NCBI RefSeq assembly: GCF_009834535.1
Contig: NC_045697.1
Location: 106,518,001 to 106,582,000 of the forward strand
Direction: 5' to 3'
Origin: Camelus ferus
Taxonomy: Eukaryota
Length of the DNA: 64,000 nucleotides
The notes below the pieces were generated by a model. The model was not told where the DNA came from. It was given only the letters and a program-made list of their open reading frames with translations, and searched no databases. The first letter of the stretch is position 1. Every line of letters starts with the position of its first letter. Made by a program: the position numbers and the translations under genes. Below are positions 1-13,630 of this stretch, in pieces.

Positions 1-3000
1 AATTACTTGACATAAATTGAACTTTCCATCTTTTCAATCAAATCAGTATATGAGAATGAGAAGATTAAACTGTCTGCTGCTTCCATGGCATTCTTAATTG
101 TCTTGAATAAGCCTCCATTAGAAACTTATTTGCCATTGGTCTTTTCCTCATAAAAGGTTGGTACAGTGATAGCCATAAATTTTATTTTAATTACTCATTT
201 TTGGATTTCATTTTAAGTAGCATATAGACTCTTCGTGTGTAACTCTCAGGTGAAGGGCAGGTTGAATCCAGAAATACAGAATTTAGATTGAGAATCAAGG
301 CTAAACTCTCCATGTAGACCAAAGCCAGCTCCACCAAGGGAGGAATCCCAGGTACTATTATTATAACTATTTTGAAAAATTCAGGTACCATTGGTCTTAG
401 ATCTCCAGAAAACAATTATATTTGCATTGAATTTTAGACAGTTTTATGTTAAGTTCACAAATCCCTAACTCCAGCATACAAAATAAAAACAGATAAATCT
501 AGTGAAACGGTATACAAGCACAATATCTAGATGACCAAATCTGAGAAATAAATAAGGCAAACTATAATAGAAATGCCAAGAGAGGAGAGCGGAGGAGAGG
601 AAAGAAAGAGAAGTGGGAGAGGAAATTCTAGGGAGTAGAATAATGATCCAAAATCTATACACAAATCCACTGTAGACTCCACAAGGAAAAGTGGGTACAG
701 TAGTTGGAAAGGCAGGCTGACAGATGGAGAAGACTAAGGCTTCATTCATCCTTTACCCTCTCAGACTTCTTTACGAATCAGGCAGTGAAAGTTTGTGTTG
801 TTTAGCCCAGTGTTATAACAGATTTGGCCCTAAAGAGAAGTTAAAAGGACATTTATGGTTGATGCTGGAATCAGAAATATTTTATACAGGGAACCCTGAT
901 CACGTTTGTGTTATATTACATTAATGCACCTATGTGTTTGCTCATGGTAGGTCTGAGAACCCTTGACCCATGTTGTGCTCTCTTCTAATTTTCACTACAT
1001 CTGGAGGTTCCCATGTGACTTCGGTTTTCTCAGATGATCCTACTTCCCCAAGACAGGTGATGTTTTGTACTGTATGTAAATAACAAGTAAAATCACCTGA
1101 AGGTTATAGGTAGCTAGTTGTGACTAACTCAGATCTGGCTCTAGCGTGTCTTCACCACACTCCCTTCACATTGGAGTTCAAGGTCACTCTGTAGGGGGGT
1201 GTCACGGACAGGCTTGCCCATCCCACCTCCATATCCGAATGTAGTGCTCATATAAAAATGTTATCAATGGATGTTAGACACAATGGTACAGGACTGACAT
1301 TTACAGAACATAACCGTCACCCACTTTATGGTTATTATGGGGAAATGAATTTCATAGCCTAGTCAGGGACCCGACATTTTAACTTTTGGAAGGTACCAAT
1401 TGGGGGATGCATGCATATGTGCATTTTTGTGTAACAGATAAGAAGGACTTCAAAGCAACTTAATATATATATATTTGACAGAGAGCAGGTCAGAATACAT
1501 GCAGAGCTTTAAAAAAAATTAAGGGGGAAAGAAGTGAATGTTTTTAGCTTTTCTTCACTCAGAAACATTGCATTAACACATTTGTTTTGAGAAGTCAAAG
1601 ATTTTACCCCAGTTAGAGAAACAGTTTTTTACACATTGCCTAAAGGTGAGCCCTAAAACAAAAGTGCCAAGTGTTCGCATCATTTTAAATGTTTAAAGTT
1701 TTTGGAATCTATTATAAAGTGTAAATGACAGGGTAAATACATTTTTTAATGGCAAGAGCAAGAAAAACTGAATTCACATTTTGGGAGTCTATTAAATTAA
1801 AGTGATTTTTAGCACACTCTGCATTCTCCTTGCTTGAAAGAGAAATAATAATTCAGAGACCAGCCCTTTTTTATTCCTCGGAGAGGCATAAAGAACAATG
1901 ACTGAAATGACTTTGAGAGGAGAAAAAGAACTGACAGCCAGCAGGGAGAATGGATACTGCTGTAAAGAATGGACTTACAAGGAAAAAAAATGTATCTTGG
2001 GGGAAAGGAAGTAAAAGTGTAGTGGAAAATGGAGAGACAAGCACAGAAAAATGGGTGGGTCAGGGGAAATCAGAAATACTGCAAAAGTTTTGCATTCAAA
2101 ACATAAAATACAGTGGGCACAATATTGGCCAGAAATAAACTCTCTAAAAAAGAGAAAGGTTACTTCCAGTGCCCATAAAATTTGTTCATATAATGAAATT
2201 TTATTTTGTTAGTCTACTCATTATTTCCAGATCTAGTATCATAATTAAATAAATTGTCAGATTTGTAATATTTATCACTTATCCTTAATATTTCAAACTC
2301 CAATTTGCATTTCATTAAGGAAAAATAATTAAATGGGAACAAAGTCTGGACTTCTTTAAGAAAACAGATTTGTTTCCTTTTTATGGCATTGGAAGAATTC
2401 TTTCATGACCAAATCAACCCCTGTGTGTTTCCTTTCTAAACTTTTTTATAGAATATTACAGCCAATGCCCAACTAAAAATTTGGAAGTTAATTAGCTGCC
2501 CACATCTGAAACACATTTCTCCTTTTTTTCATGAAGTAACAAACTGAGAACACAAATATCAGGCACAAGTTTTGTAAAATACAATCTTAAGCCCTATTTT
2601 ATGTATTACAAGGAATCCCAAAACTCAACCCAACAATGCAATTAACCTTTTATTAATTATAAGGTAAGTGCATCCCCATTGGAGTGGTTTCTTTCTTTCA
2701 TCAAAAACTTACAATGCAGGCACATATTCGCAGCATTAAATGTCAGCATATTGCATAAATACAGAGCAGCATTATTCAGTTTGGGGCCCATATAAATGGC
2801 ACCACCTGAGGTTGTGCAGTGTATAGGCGTTTTGACAGCATATGAAAACCTTAGGAGTATCAATATTTCCCATAGTCAGTTTTTCTAAAGGCCTATATCA
2901 TGCACCTTAATTTCCAAAAGTAACAGCAATAAAATTTATTACTTATTATCAAAACTGAGTCTCAGTCTTTGTCATCCATGTCCCAGTAAGATACTGCAAA

Positions 3001-3534
3001 AAGGACACCAGCTTTCCTTCAGACACATTTAGTTTAAATCTCAAGTCTGCCACTCACTACTCATGAGATTTTGTACAAGTTTTCTAGCCCCAAGGTCTTA
3101 CTCATGCCTAATAGGATTAGCCATCTCTCCCAGGATTGTTAGAGGCAATAAATATAAAAACATGGATAAACTTCCTAATACCAGATATATACCAAAAAAA
3201 ATGTTAGTTATTATCCTGCCACCAACATACTCAAACTTATATATTTGGATCATAAAAAATTCCAAAAACTAAGGGCTTCAGGATTTATGTAGGGGCTTAG
3301 AATTTTAAATTATGCCCCTAATTGGATAATTGTTATAAATAATATGCATGGCATTACATATTTTTATATTTGTATGTTAGACTTACAGATCGGTACATTT
3401 TTCATTGCACATATGCAAATAATTCTCTATAACATAAATTTAGGTTAAGGGACATTAATATATATAATAGTAGCTATTAAAACATTATGTTCAATCATGA
3501 AAAATACAACCCTAGGTTCAGATACCTTTACAAG

Positions 3535-5660
3535 GGAGAGGTAAGTTCCACCAAGCATTCAGAGAATAGATATTCTTACACAAATTGTTTCACAAATTTA
3601 AAAGGGAAGTGGTGATGGTGCCCAACTCAAGTAATGAAGCTAACAAAACCCAAGATATTTCAAACCAGAAAGCTATAGCTTAATCTCACTTATGAGCATA
3701 GACAAAAAATCCTAAACACAGTATTATCAATCCAAATTCAGAGGTGTATTTTTAAAAACTACATCCATGTTCTATTTATAATTCTAATGTAAGAGTGATT
3801 AAATGTGATGAAAATATATTCAGGTAATTGACCACATTAATAGATGAAGAGAAAATTTATGTGATTATGTCAATAGGTAGAGAGGAAAAGTATTAGATAA
3901 TATTCACCCCATTCATGAAAACAACAACAAAAAATCTTTAAGCAAATAGTCCTAGAAAAAAACTTTATTAACCTAAAATGATACATACCAAAAATTTAGA
4001 GTGAATATTATACTTACTGATGGGAAGTCTGAAACACTCCCTTTAAAGTCAGATAAGATATTACTATAAGATAAGGATATTACTATTCAGCCATGTCCTG
4101 GAAGTCTTAACCAATGCAGTAAATAAAATAAAACAAAAGATTTCAGGATTGAAAGGAGTAAGCATAAGTGTCATTACTTTTTAGACAACATGATGTTTAG
4201 CCTAGAGAACTCTAAAAGAATCTTTAGACAAATTATAATAAGAAAGTTCAGTAGGATTGTGCAGTTGAAAAAAAAGAGCAATATAGAAAATCTGTAGTAT
4301 TCCAAGATACCAACAACAATTATAAAATGTCATTTTTTAAAGACCTCATTTACAATAGTAACAGACATTAAAGATACATAGAAACAACATTTTTTAAATT
4401 GGGTTGCACTTACACGGAAAAAAACTTCCAAAACATTGAAAGGTAGAAAAGGATTGCAAAAATAAAAGAAGAAATATATGATGTTCGTGGCTGAAAAGAA
4501 TCAAACTACAAAGATTTTTATTTTTGTTCAAATTCATACATAAGTTGATAGAATTCCAATCAAAATTCCAACAGAGATTTCTGTAGAACTTGAATAAAAC
4601 TGATCCTAAATTTTATTTAGAAAAGCAATGGAAAAATAAAAGCTGAGACAGTTTTGAAAACAAAGAAGCTGGGGTAAGTGGACAGAGCAGTAAGAAGGTA
4701 ACATATCACAAAACTCTAATAATTAAGATAATGAAGTCTTGGCACATTAGCCCAGTGGTAAAAAAAAAAAAACCCACAAAAAATGGCTATTCAATAAATG
4801 GTTGTGGGACAGGTAATTATTTAAACATATGGAAAAGAAATAAATGGGTCACCATATACAGTGATACTTTGTGGTTTAAAAGACCAAATTTGGAAAACAA
4901 AAATTTTAAACGTTTATAAGATGCAGTAATAATCTTTACGTCTGCAGGGTAGAAAAAAATTCTGAAACAGGCACCAACAGTACAAACAATAAAGAGAATA
5001 CCTGTACTACTGACTGCATGAAAAGAAAAAATCTTGAGTACAACAAAAGACAACTAAACATGAAAAGATAAACTACAGACCAGGAGAAGATACAGCAAAT
5101 AAAACCACCAATAAGCAGTACCCAGAATTTACCAAGAAATTACTGAAAAATAAGAAGAAAAAAAAATTCAATAGAAAAATAGCCAAAGGACATAAAGGGG
5201 CAGGTCAAAGAGGAAGTAACATGACTGACTGATGAACAAAAGAAAAGATGTTTCTTCCAACCAGTAATCTGGAAAATGCAGATCAAAACCACAACGCAAG
5301 ACCATGTGAAGTACATCAGGTTAGCGATAAATTTAAAGCCTGACCGTCCCAGGTCAAGAATATGGACCAGTGAACTCTAGCAAACAGCTGATGGAGTTAT
5401 AAATGAGTAAGCCCTTGGGGGGAAATTTTGGCAATACGTAATAAAATTGAAAACAAGCAGATTCTTTCAGTAATTTCACTCCGAGGCATATGCCCTAGAG
5501 AAACTCTTACAAGGGATGTGGCCACAGAGATCTGTATGCAGTGTTCTTTGTACAGCTATTTATGAGAACAAAATATTGAAAATAACCTATATGCCTACCA
5601 ACCAGAAGACTGGATTTAAAAATTGTTATGTGGTTAAACTGGAATAATATTTCTGTCATA
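3535..5660 (+). mobile_element. Old degenerate LINE-1 (L1ME/L1MC-like), ORF2 RT region through 3' end
   Basis: Degenerate ORF2 motifs: 'cttaatctcacttatgagcatagacaaaaaatcctaaac' ~ PISLMNIDAKIL and 'ttagacaacatgatg' ~ ADDM. 3' motifs include 'aatttcactccgaggcatatgccctagagaaactctt'. Many stops and indels. Confidence 0.85.
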
Positions 5661-6000
5661 TTCGTTTTTATGTTTCTCAGCATAGTGCAATATTTCCATT
5701 TTTTAAAACAAGCAGAGAGCAGGTAAATAGAGTAGTTACATCTGAAAAAGGAATACTTCTGGATATTTCTAATCTATAAGCTAGGCTAGAAAATTGCTGG
5801 AAGAAATCATTACACGATAAATTTACAAATACCTCAAAGGCATCAGAATGCATGATCTGGAAGGAACCAGTCACATCAGGCTCACCTAATTTTGTAATAT
5901 AACAGAATAATAGATCTGGTGGATACAGAGGAATAGATAAATGCAATGTCCCAACTTGATCAACAATTCTTATCCTGGGCCATATGCTATTCTCATCAAA

Positions 6001-6045
6001 TAAAAAAAAGAAAGAAAAGAAGAAGAAGAAAGAAAGAAAGACAAA
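6001..6045 (+). repeat. GA-rich simple repeat, (GAAA/GAA)n
   Basis: aaaaaaagaaagaaaagaagaagaagaaagaaagaaag seen directly. Confidence 0.85.
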
Positions 6046-8174
6046 GCAGAGTAGGGGAAGGACATTTAAAATGAAAGTGGAGATAGCAAAGTCTAGACCT
6101 AGACTCGGGCCAATAGGATTGAATTACACAGATGGATAGCTCTTCTTCCTTCAAGACCATAACCAACCTTTGAGAGCAAAACTAGAGGCAGTCTGACCTC
6201 CCCGTGTTCCTTGGCCTCAGTGGTATAACAAAGACCATATCATAGGCCTTCAATGTTCAGTTGGTATCTCTCTAAGAGGGAGTGAGAATTCTGTCATATG
6301 GAGATGTATTTATTAAATTTAAAAAGTGATCAAAGCCAATCTAATATTTTAAGAGAGGATACCAAAGGAGGAGTACAGCTAAGGAAGAGAAATTGATAAC
6401 CGATACATAAAAGATGAAAAAGAACTGAAGCCCTAACCAGGAAGCACAGTTCATGGTCCCTCACAAGAAAAACAACTTTGGCAAAGAAAGTGGTGATTTT
6501 CCATCAAGCATTTAACTTGATGAGAGACACAGGCTAGCGAGGGAAGGACCAGCGTCTCCACAGCCGCATCTCCCTGCAGTCTGATGAGGCAACCCTCAGT
6601 GACCAGCCAGATGGTCTCATGTGCTGTGATGGATTAGTTGAGAGTAGAAATCAATTGAGAGGTTAGCCTGGATGGCAAATTGACTTTTAAACATGGTGTC
6701 ACTGTGATCTGAAAGTCAACCACAATCAGGGCATCCAGAAATAGGAACCCTGCCCTGAGGGTTAGCCCAGTTATTCTTAATTCCTGCTCCACGGGGTGTC
6801 CACTTCCATCTCCACCGCTTAAAAGAAATGGAGGGCTGGGAAGATGGGCGGGGAAATTCTTCAAAATCAGCAAGTTGTTATGAAAGCATGCCTCTGAGAA
6901 AAGAAATGTTTGCATTCATGTGAAGGGAGGATTTTAGCTGGTCATTTCACACACATGAAAGGCCTTACCCAGAATGTGGTTCCTGGCAGTTCCTCATCTT
7001 AGGAAAAAGAAAATAAGGGTTTAGATATTCAACATGAGATATTTAGATCAAAAATTTAAAATAACTTTCAGACAGAGCAGCTAATAAACTTTAGATAGAA
7101 AAGGTCTGTATGAAAAGTTGTAGGCTTTCCTTTTAAGGAGGAATTCTTTAATAAAATGCATTATTTTTAATACATTTCTGGATAATCCTCCCAAGATTTC
7201 TCTCAGTCCTGAAATAAGAATCCTTCTAGAACACTCATTGAAAAATTGCTAAAAATTATTTGAGGAAATACTTTAAGAGAAAAAAAGTCACTATAAATTA
7301 AGCACTTGGCAAGGTAAACATTGCATTGCACAGTGAAGGTGTTTTACCTTAAATTATACACCCACATCCCAAAAGAAAGATCTGCATTAATGCTTTTAAA
7401 ACAGCTAATGCTTCGCAGAAAAATATATAATTTCAGAAACGATCTGCCCACGAGTCCTATTTTCTTTGTTACTTCCCTCTGTTTTCTTAAATACTTTGTT
7501 AATATTTGCATAAGAGCAGGACCTTACTTTCATGAGAGCACAGATCTTCAATCGATGTTTATAATATTACACAATTGTTGAAATTACACTGAGCAAAAAA
7601 AGAACACACATGTAGTGCTGAGGAGTTTGCATACTGGAAGAGAGAGCATTCCCAGAATAAGTGACATGTTGTGTATTCGACACTGTCATTGCCGGTGTTT
7701 ATTCTCCAGTACCTGCCCTTTATCTGAGGAATGGGCTCAACTCTCTCCCTTCTAGGGTGGAGTGGCGGAGTGGGAGTGGGGGTTGCATATGCTGTGCTGG
7801 AGCCTCTGTTTCTAGGACTCCTACCTGCTCTCTTAAAGGAGGAGGCAGGTCATGCACATCCACACTCAGACTGCAGTGGAGGGGGGTTTCCAGCTGAGAC
7901 TGGGACAAAGCACAGAGCACCCTGATGCTGTGGACGAAGAATGAATGAAAAGTGGGAAAAGCACACTGAGTACAGGACTCCCTGTATCTTTTGTAAGCCG
8001 AAGAGTCAAAAAAAAAACAGACTAAATTTCATCTTTAAATGAAACAGAAAACAGTGACACCACCAAGGAAGCCCTGACAGCCTTCTTTTCATTTCCTCCT
8101 GCCCAAGGCTGAGCGTGGCTGAGAAAGAACTGTCCACGTGGGGCGTGGGATTGAGGAAAAAGAGCCTGTCTCAC

Positions 8175-8590
8175 TTAGATTGTGTCCCTTGAAAACAGCA
8201 GAAATGGACTCTAGCTAGCTTCAGGAAAAATAAAGCAAAATAAAATTAAAAATCTGAATGTTTTAACATAACATGAGGTTACTCCTGGAATTAAAGGAAA
8301 AGTAGGTGGGAAAAAGTTTTTCTGAGAAAAAGCTAGCGTCCAGGCAGCTCTAGGGATTTAGGAACAGACAATTCCCTCCAGCCATCATGAGCATCCCACT
8401 GCCCCAGCCCCGGTCATGAGGAATGAATTCCAGTCCTATTCCATTGTCCTTGTGTCAGTCAGGACAAGATCCAAATCCAGGAGGAAGAACCCCATCCTGA
8501 GTTTGTGCTCACCCCTCAGACAGAAGCTAAAGGGGTGTCTTGCCTGACAGTCCCCCGATACTGAGTTCAGCAGGTCAGGGCTGGTCCCCT
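8175..8590 (-). mobile_element. Ancient MaLR LTR remnant (MLT1K/L-like)
   Basis: 'cagcagaaatggactctagctagcttcaggaaaaa' and 'caagatccaaatccaggaggaagaacc' resemble old MLT1 consensus; highly diverged. Confidence 0.45.
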
Positions 8591-9189
8591 GTTAGAAGTA
8601 AGAATGGACATCAGATAGATGACATCAGAGAAGGTGTAGACACTAAGGAGCCGAGCAGCTGGGTAGCTGAGGAGAGAAGGAGGGTTAGGGAATGTGCATA
8701 AACTCACAGGAGAGGCCAACAGGTCCCAGAGACGACTGGTTTACTTGACCCCTTTCTGATGACTCGTCAGCAATCTGGAACATTCTTCAGTGTGCAAGAA
8801 TATTGCTTGTCTATCATTCTCCATTCAGCTATTTATATTTCACCTCTCGCTCATCCTCATGCACCAAATTTCACTAATAAATTAAGGGGGATTTCTTCAC
8901 CCCATGCTCTTCTTCCAAAGTATACAGACCATTTTAAGCATTACTTCCTAATTAATGCATTCACTTATTCAAAAGTAGCCATCTTTGGCCAGGAAGTACC
9001 ACTTTAAAATGCAATTATTTGGGCGCCATTATCGGCAACCACAACCTTGAGGCAGAACTCCAGCAGCTCAATGCCAATGTGCACACAAAACCATTTCTAA
9101 AGACTCCTTGAAGTTAAACATGGCCAGGAAGAACATTTTAGATTTAGAGATACTGCATCATCTCCAGACCCAGTCAAACGTCACACCCT

Positions 9190-9304
9190 GCAGATACTAA
9201 CTACTATATATAAGATAAACAGCAAGTTTCTACTGTATAGCACAGGGAACTATATTCAATATCTTGTAGTAGCCTATAATGAAAAAGAATAGAAAAGGAA
9301 TCTA

Positions 9305-9335
<31 letters not shown>

Positions 9336-9435
9336 GACTGAAACATGACGCTGTACACTAGAAACTGACACAACATTGTAAACTGACTATACTTCAATTA
9401 AAAGAAAACAAAAGAAAATTTAAAGAAAAGAAAAA
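9190..9435 (+). mobile_element. 5'-truncated L1 3'UTR fragment (artiodactyl/camelid type) with internal (TA)n at ~9310-9335
   Basis: 'ctactgtatagcacagggaactatattcaatatcttgtag...gacacaacattgtaaactgactatacttcaatt' followed by an A-rich tail; similar to the 3' end of the L1 at 63.4-63.6 kb. Confidence 0.9.
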
Positions 9436-10894
9436 GTGTGTGAAAGAAAACCACTGCCAACAACAACAAAACATTCCACCAAAAGGGAGGGTTCTGAGGC
9501 ATCGAGAATAATGAAACACTTGAAATTTTTGAAAGCAACTCTGGAGATGAATACATGTGTTTATGACATTTTCAAATGTCCCCCAAATTAAATGTCTTTA
9601 TAAAAGGTGCATTCTTGGGTCATTGTATAGGTGTAAGTATAGATGTCAGCCCTGTACCTACAGTCACTCGGTTTCAAGTGGCACCTACCTCAAACAGACC
9701 ACCCCACTGTTGTTCCTGGCTCCCATTTCTTTGCAGCCATGAGTAGAGGTGCGTGACCACACACGTGTATACAGGTACTTACACGTCCACCTACACGACA
9801 CCCAGCATGTTCTCACACTTGAGGTGGGGGCTCTGTACATGATTCACTGAGTAATGAAATCCCCTTGACCCTTTCTGAGCACGAAGAGCGTGGAACAGTC
9901 AAAGGGGAAGAAAAGGAAGAAAAGCACATGAGGACTTGGCAAAAAGCTAAAACCAACAAGGGCTAAAAAGAGCAAGGCAAAAATTGAAGGGAAAAAATGT
10001 TAAAGTATGGTTCAAAGAGAGTAAAATTTTTCGACACCAGAGGAAAGACATGTGTTTTTCCTTAGCTTTTCAAATCTGAGGTTAGTAGGCAAGTGAGTCT
10101 GAAGAAATGTACCTCAGCCTAGAGACCTGGGTGCACTGCCGCTAGGAAGACTACTCTCTAATAGGAAAAGAGACATTTTTAATACAACTGTAATACTTTC
10201 AAACATCTCTAATAATCCAAGAAAGCCAAAAAGTGGTTAATATGGAGAACCTCGATTTAATGAAGAGACAAGCAGACTTTCTTACCTAGCCCTCAAATGT
10301 TTGTATTGCATATAAATGCATGTCAAATTCAAATCAAATTTTTTAAGAAGTATAACCTGCCACACCATGTTTTAACCTAATCATGGAAAATGTATAGCAT
10401 AAGTGCTTTAAATCCCACATTCTAGTGCATTCAGACATTTAGAGTCACAAATGTTTCAAGATTGTGGCCAGTATTGATTGGATTTTGGATTTGGAAGAGA
10501 TATGAAACACCATATTTCCCTACCCCCCAGCTCCTTGACCACTTCCGCCACGGATAAAAATTGCCCAAAAACATTAGAGCAGTTGTGGGGGGTATGTCAG
10601 GGGTCACCCCCACTCCTTTCTAGGAGGTGATGCTCCCGATTAGCTGTAGGAAAAACGGGAGGCGTAGTGGTTGCTTGAGTCGGGTATAATTTAGCCCTAA
10701 TTGAGGAGAGAGCTTGATGAAACCAAAATGGGCAGTATGTGTTCTTTAATTCACATTAAGTACCGTTTAGATAATGTTTTATTTCTCTAGAACCTCTTCT
10801 ACTACTAAAAACAAATTTTTTTCTGGAGAACGTTGGTCTTTTGCTCCCTTAGGCCAAGTTGATTTGGACAAGTCTAATTAACAATATGGCTTCC

Positions 10895-11182
10895 TGAAAT
10901 AAGTCAGAGAAAAACAAATACTGTATATCACTTGTATGTGGAATCTAAAAATATGACAAACTAGTGAATATAACAAAAAAGAAGCAGACTCATAGAGAAC
11001 AAATTAGTGGTTATCCGTGATGCAGAGGGGGCAGTATAGGGGGCGGGGTGTGGGAAGTACAAACTGTTGCGTGTAAGACAGGCTCAAGGAATAGACAACA
11101 CGGAATACAGCCAATATTTTGTAATAACTGCAAATGGAAAGCAACCTTTAAAAGTTGTATAAACAATTTTTTTTTAGTTTTT
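10895..11182 (+). mobile_element. 5'-truncated L1 3' end with 15-bp TSD
   Basis: ORF2 terminus 'cacttgtatgtggaatctaa' plus 3'UTR; flanked by aacaatatggcttcc (10880-10894) and aagaatatggcttcc (11183-11197). Confidence 0.9.
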
Positions 11183-11299
11183 AAGAATATGGCTTCCAAA
11201 TGCAGGAATTGGCTTTAACTGAATAACATGAGACAATACTGAATCTCATACAAATCTATGCTTTCCTGTTTTTCCATTTTTGGCTTTTATTATTTTGTG

Positions 11300-11935
11300 T
11301 TTTTTTCTTTTTATTGAAATCAACTTTATAAAAATTTGTCCTTTTAATCATTTTCAAGTGTGTAATTCAGTGGCATTCATTATAATACATAATGTTGTAT
11401 AATCATCACATTTATTTCCCAAACTTTTTCATCATCCAAAGCAGAAACTCTGTACCCATCAAACAGTAATTCCCCATTTCTCCTTCCCCTCGTTCCCTGC
11501 TAATTTTAATTGACTTTCTGTCTATGAATTTTCATACTCTAGATATTTCATATAAATGTAATCATATAATATTTGCCCTTTTTTGTGTCTGGCTTATTTC
11601 ATTTAGGATAATGTTTTTAAGGTTCATCCATGTTGCAGCATTTATCAGAACTTCTTTCCATTGTATGGCTAAGTAATATTCTGTTGTATGAATACATTGC
11701 ATTTTGTTTATCTTTGCATCTGTTGATGGACATTTGAGTTGCTTCCACCTTCTTGGCTATTATAAATAATGCTGCAGTAAACATTGCCATACAGCTGTCT
11801 GAGTCCCTGTTTTCAGTTCCTCTGGGTTTATCCCTGGGAGTAGAATGGCTGGGTCTTATGGTAATTCTGTTTAACTTTTTAAGGGGCCACCAAACTATTT
11901 TCCACAGTGGCTGTGCCATTTTCCATTCCTACCGG
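11300..11935 (-). mobile_element. L1MB-like 3' end (antisense)
   Basis: Minus-strand ORF 11617-11919 begins AQPLWKIVW (ORF2 C-terminus); typical L1MB 3'UTR 'aaggttcatccatgttgcagcat'. Confidence 0.9.
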
Positions 11936-13454
11936 CAGTTTTTTCCTTTTTTAGCAGCTTTTTCTTAAGCCTCTGAAGAGACAAAAAGCCAAGGAAGGAA
12001 TAAGGAGCTGGCCTGTGTCTCAAGGAGCCAGCCTCTGTCATCTTTCATCTTGTCATGCTGTCCTGCTGACTTTTATAACTGGACTGTAAAATGGTTCTCA
12101 TTTTAACACTTGGTTTTATTTTTATTTTTTTCTTATTACACAGAGATGTGTAAGTAAGTGCATGTTTCGCCTTTTGGTTCGCTAGCCCATATTATTTCCA
12201 TTTTCCACCATAGGGCTGTGGGAAACCATTACTTTGGTCGGATGCAAGGAAACATGTCCAAGGCCTATTATTAGTTACCCTCCATGCACGCTGGGAGTTG
12301 TTCTCGGTTCCCCTAACACCCAGATCCTTCCACCTCACCAGATTGCGGTTACACTTTCCAGTCTTTTTCCTCCTTAAACAAGTTTTCCCATGTCATTCCG
12401 CAGAGCAATTGCAGGCAGCTCTTCCTGCTTCTGGCAGATTGATTGTCTCATTTAGTGGTGTGGTTTTGCTTTGCCTATAAAAGGAATTTCTTCTGTATTA
12501 ATCTTTTGACTTAAAATTTCAGGAATAACTCCACTAAGTGTACAATGTCCCTGGGAATGTAAACTGCACACGATTGCAACCAAAAGGACCACAGGTGGCA
12601 TTTTTGAAAACTGCACTCGATTCATCTTTTTGGTCCATTACGTGCCCCAAGGAGAGGAGTTGCAACTGGCTGATGTATTAACCCCTCAGAGAGCAAGACC
12701 CTCATGAGATGGCACTTTCTCAATGTGCAACCGAATAGACCTTCTTCACACCTTGCCAACCTAGTTAGGCGGCAGAAAGGACTTACAGACAAAGGGTCAA
12801 TGCTGAGTGGCCAGCAAAGCCAGGACAAGGATGCAGTGAGTAATGTGCTCACCTTTGGTGGAAACCTGAATGGGTTCCCCCTGCAAAATCTCAGTAATCA
12901 ATCAAGATAAATAATACTTTAATGCAATCTAAAACATAGAAATCAATGGAAAATATACATGATAGACAACATATCAACATTTTGCATTATGATAGGGTTA
13001 GTATTACTGATTTTTCCTTTTTTCCTCTGGCTCCAATATGGTTCAGAACAGTACCGGTGTCCAGAAAGGTTTTTATGATGATGAAAGAAAAGCAGAATCA
13101 TTACATTTCTGTGGTTCCATGAGTCTACTTTCTGAAACTTCTCTCCCATGAAATCACTCACACACAACCCTGGGCAAAACTGTGAACCAAGTAAAGTCTG
13201 TCCTCAGTGGCTTCCATCTGCTTCTGTCCCCCTCCCCGACCCCCAGATACCCGTGGATCTTGGGCTGTCCCCTGACTTCTGATGCCTTTCACTTGGGCTC
13301 CTTAGCTAGACCTACTGTCCCCCAAAAGAGGCCAAGCTCTCTGCATTTCTCCTAAACTTTGCATAGCCACATAAGTCAAGAAGTATCTACCCCAAAGGAA
13401 AAAAAAGTTTAATATCAAAAAAGGCCTATGATTATTGAAACAGCAATTAGTCTT

Positions 13455-13630
13455 AGAGTCATACGATTTCAGAAGATTACAGAGATCCATCAAACCTATT
13501 CTTTTTACTTTACTAATAAGTAACAGACCTACAGAGGATAAAGTTAGCTTGTACAACAAGTTACACTAGAGAGATAACCAACACTAGAAGTCGGGTCTAC
13601 TTGCCTACAAAATTGACAGTTTAATCTTTA
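13455..13630 (-). mobile_element. MIR/MIR3 SINE remnant
   Basis: Degenerate core 'acagacctacagaggataaagttagcttgtacaacaagttacac'. Confidence 0.5.

Noticed and set aside
2785..2830. Possible MER91-like hAT-Tip100 fragment
   Set aside because: Similarity covers only ~35 bp from memory, too short to support a call.
6960..7600. Additional AG...GT exon-like segments (minus ~6969-6997, ~7528-7588, ~12853-12928; plus ~56281-56365, ~56958-56992)
   Set aside because: Weak sites, stops, or no consistent frame or recognisable product. Their frequency is compatible with background pseudo-exons.
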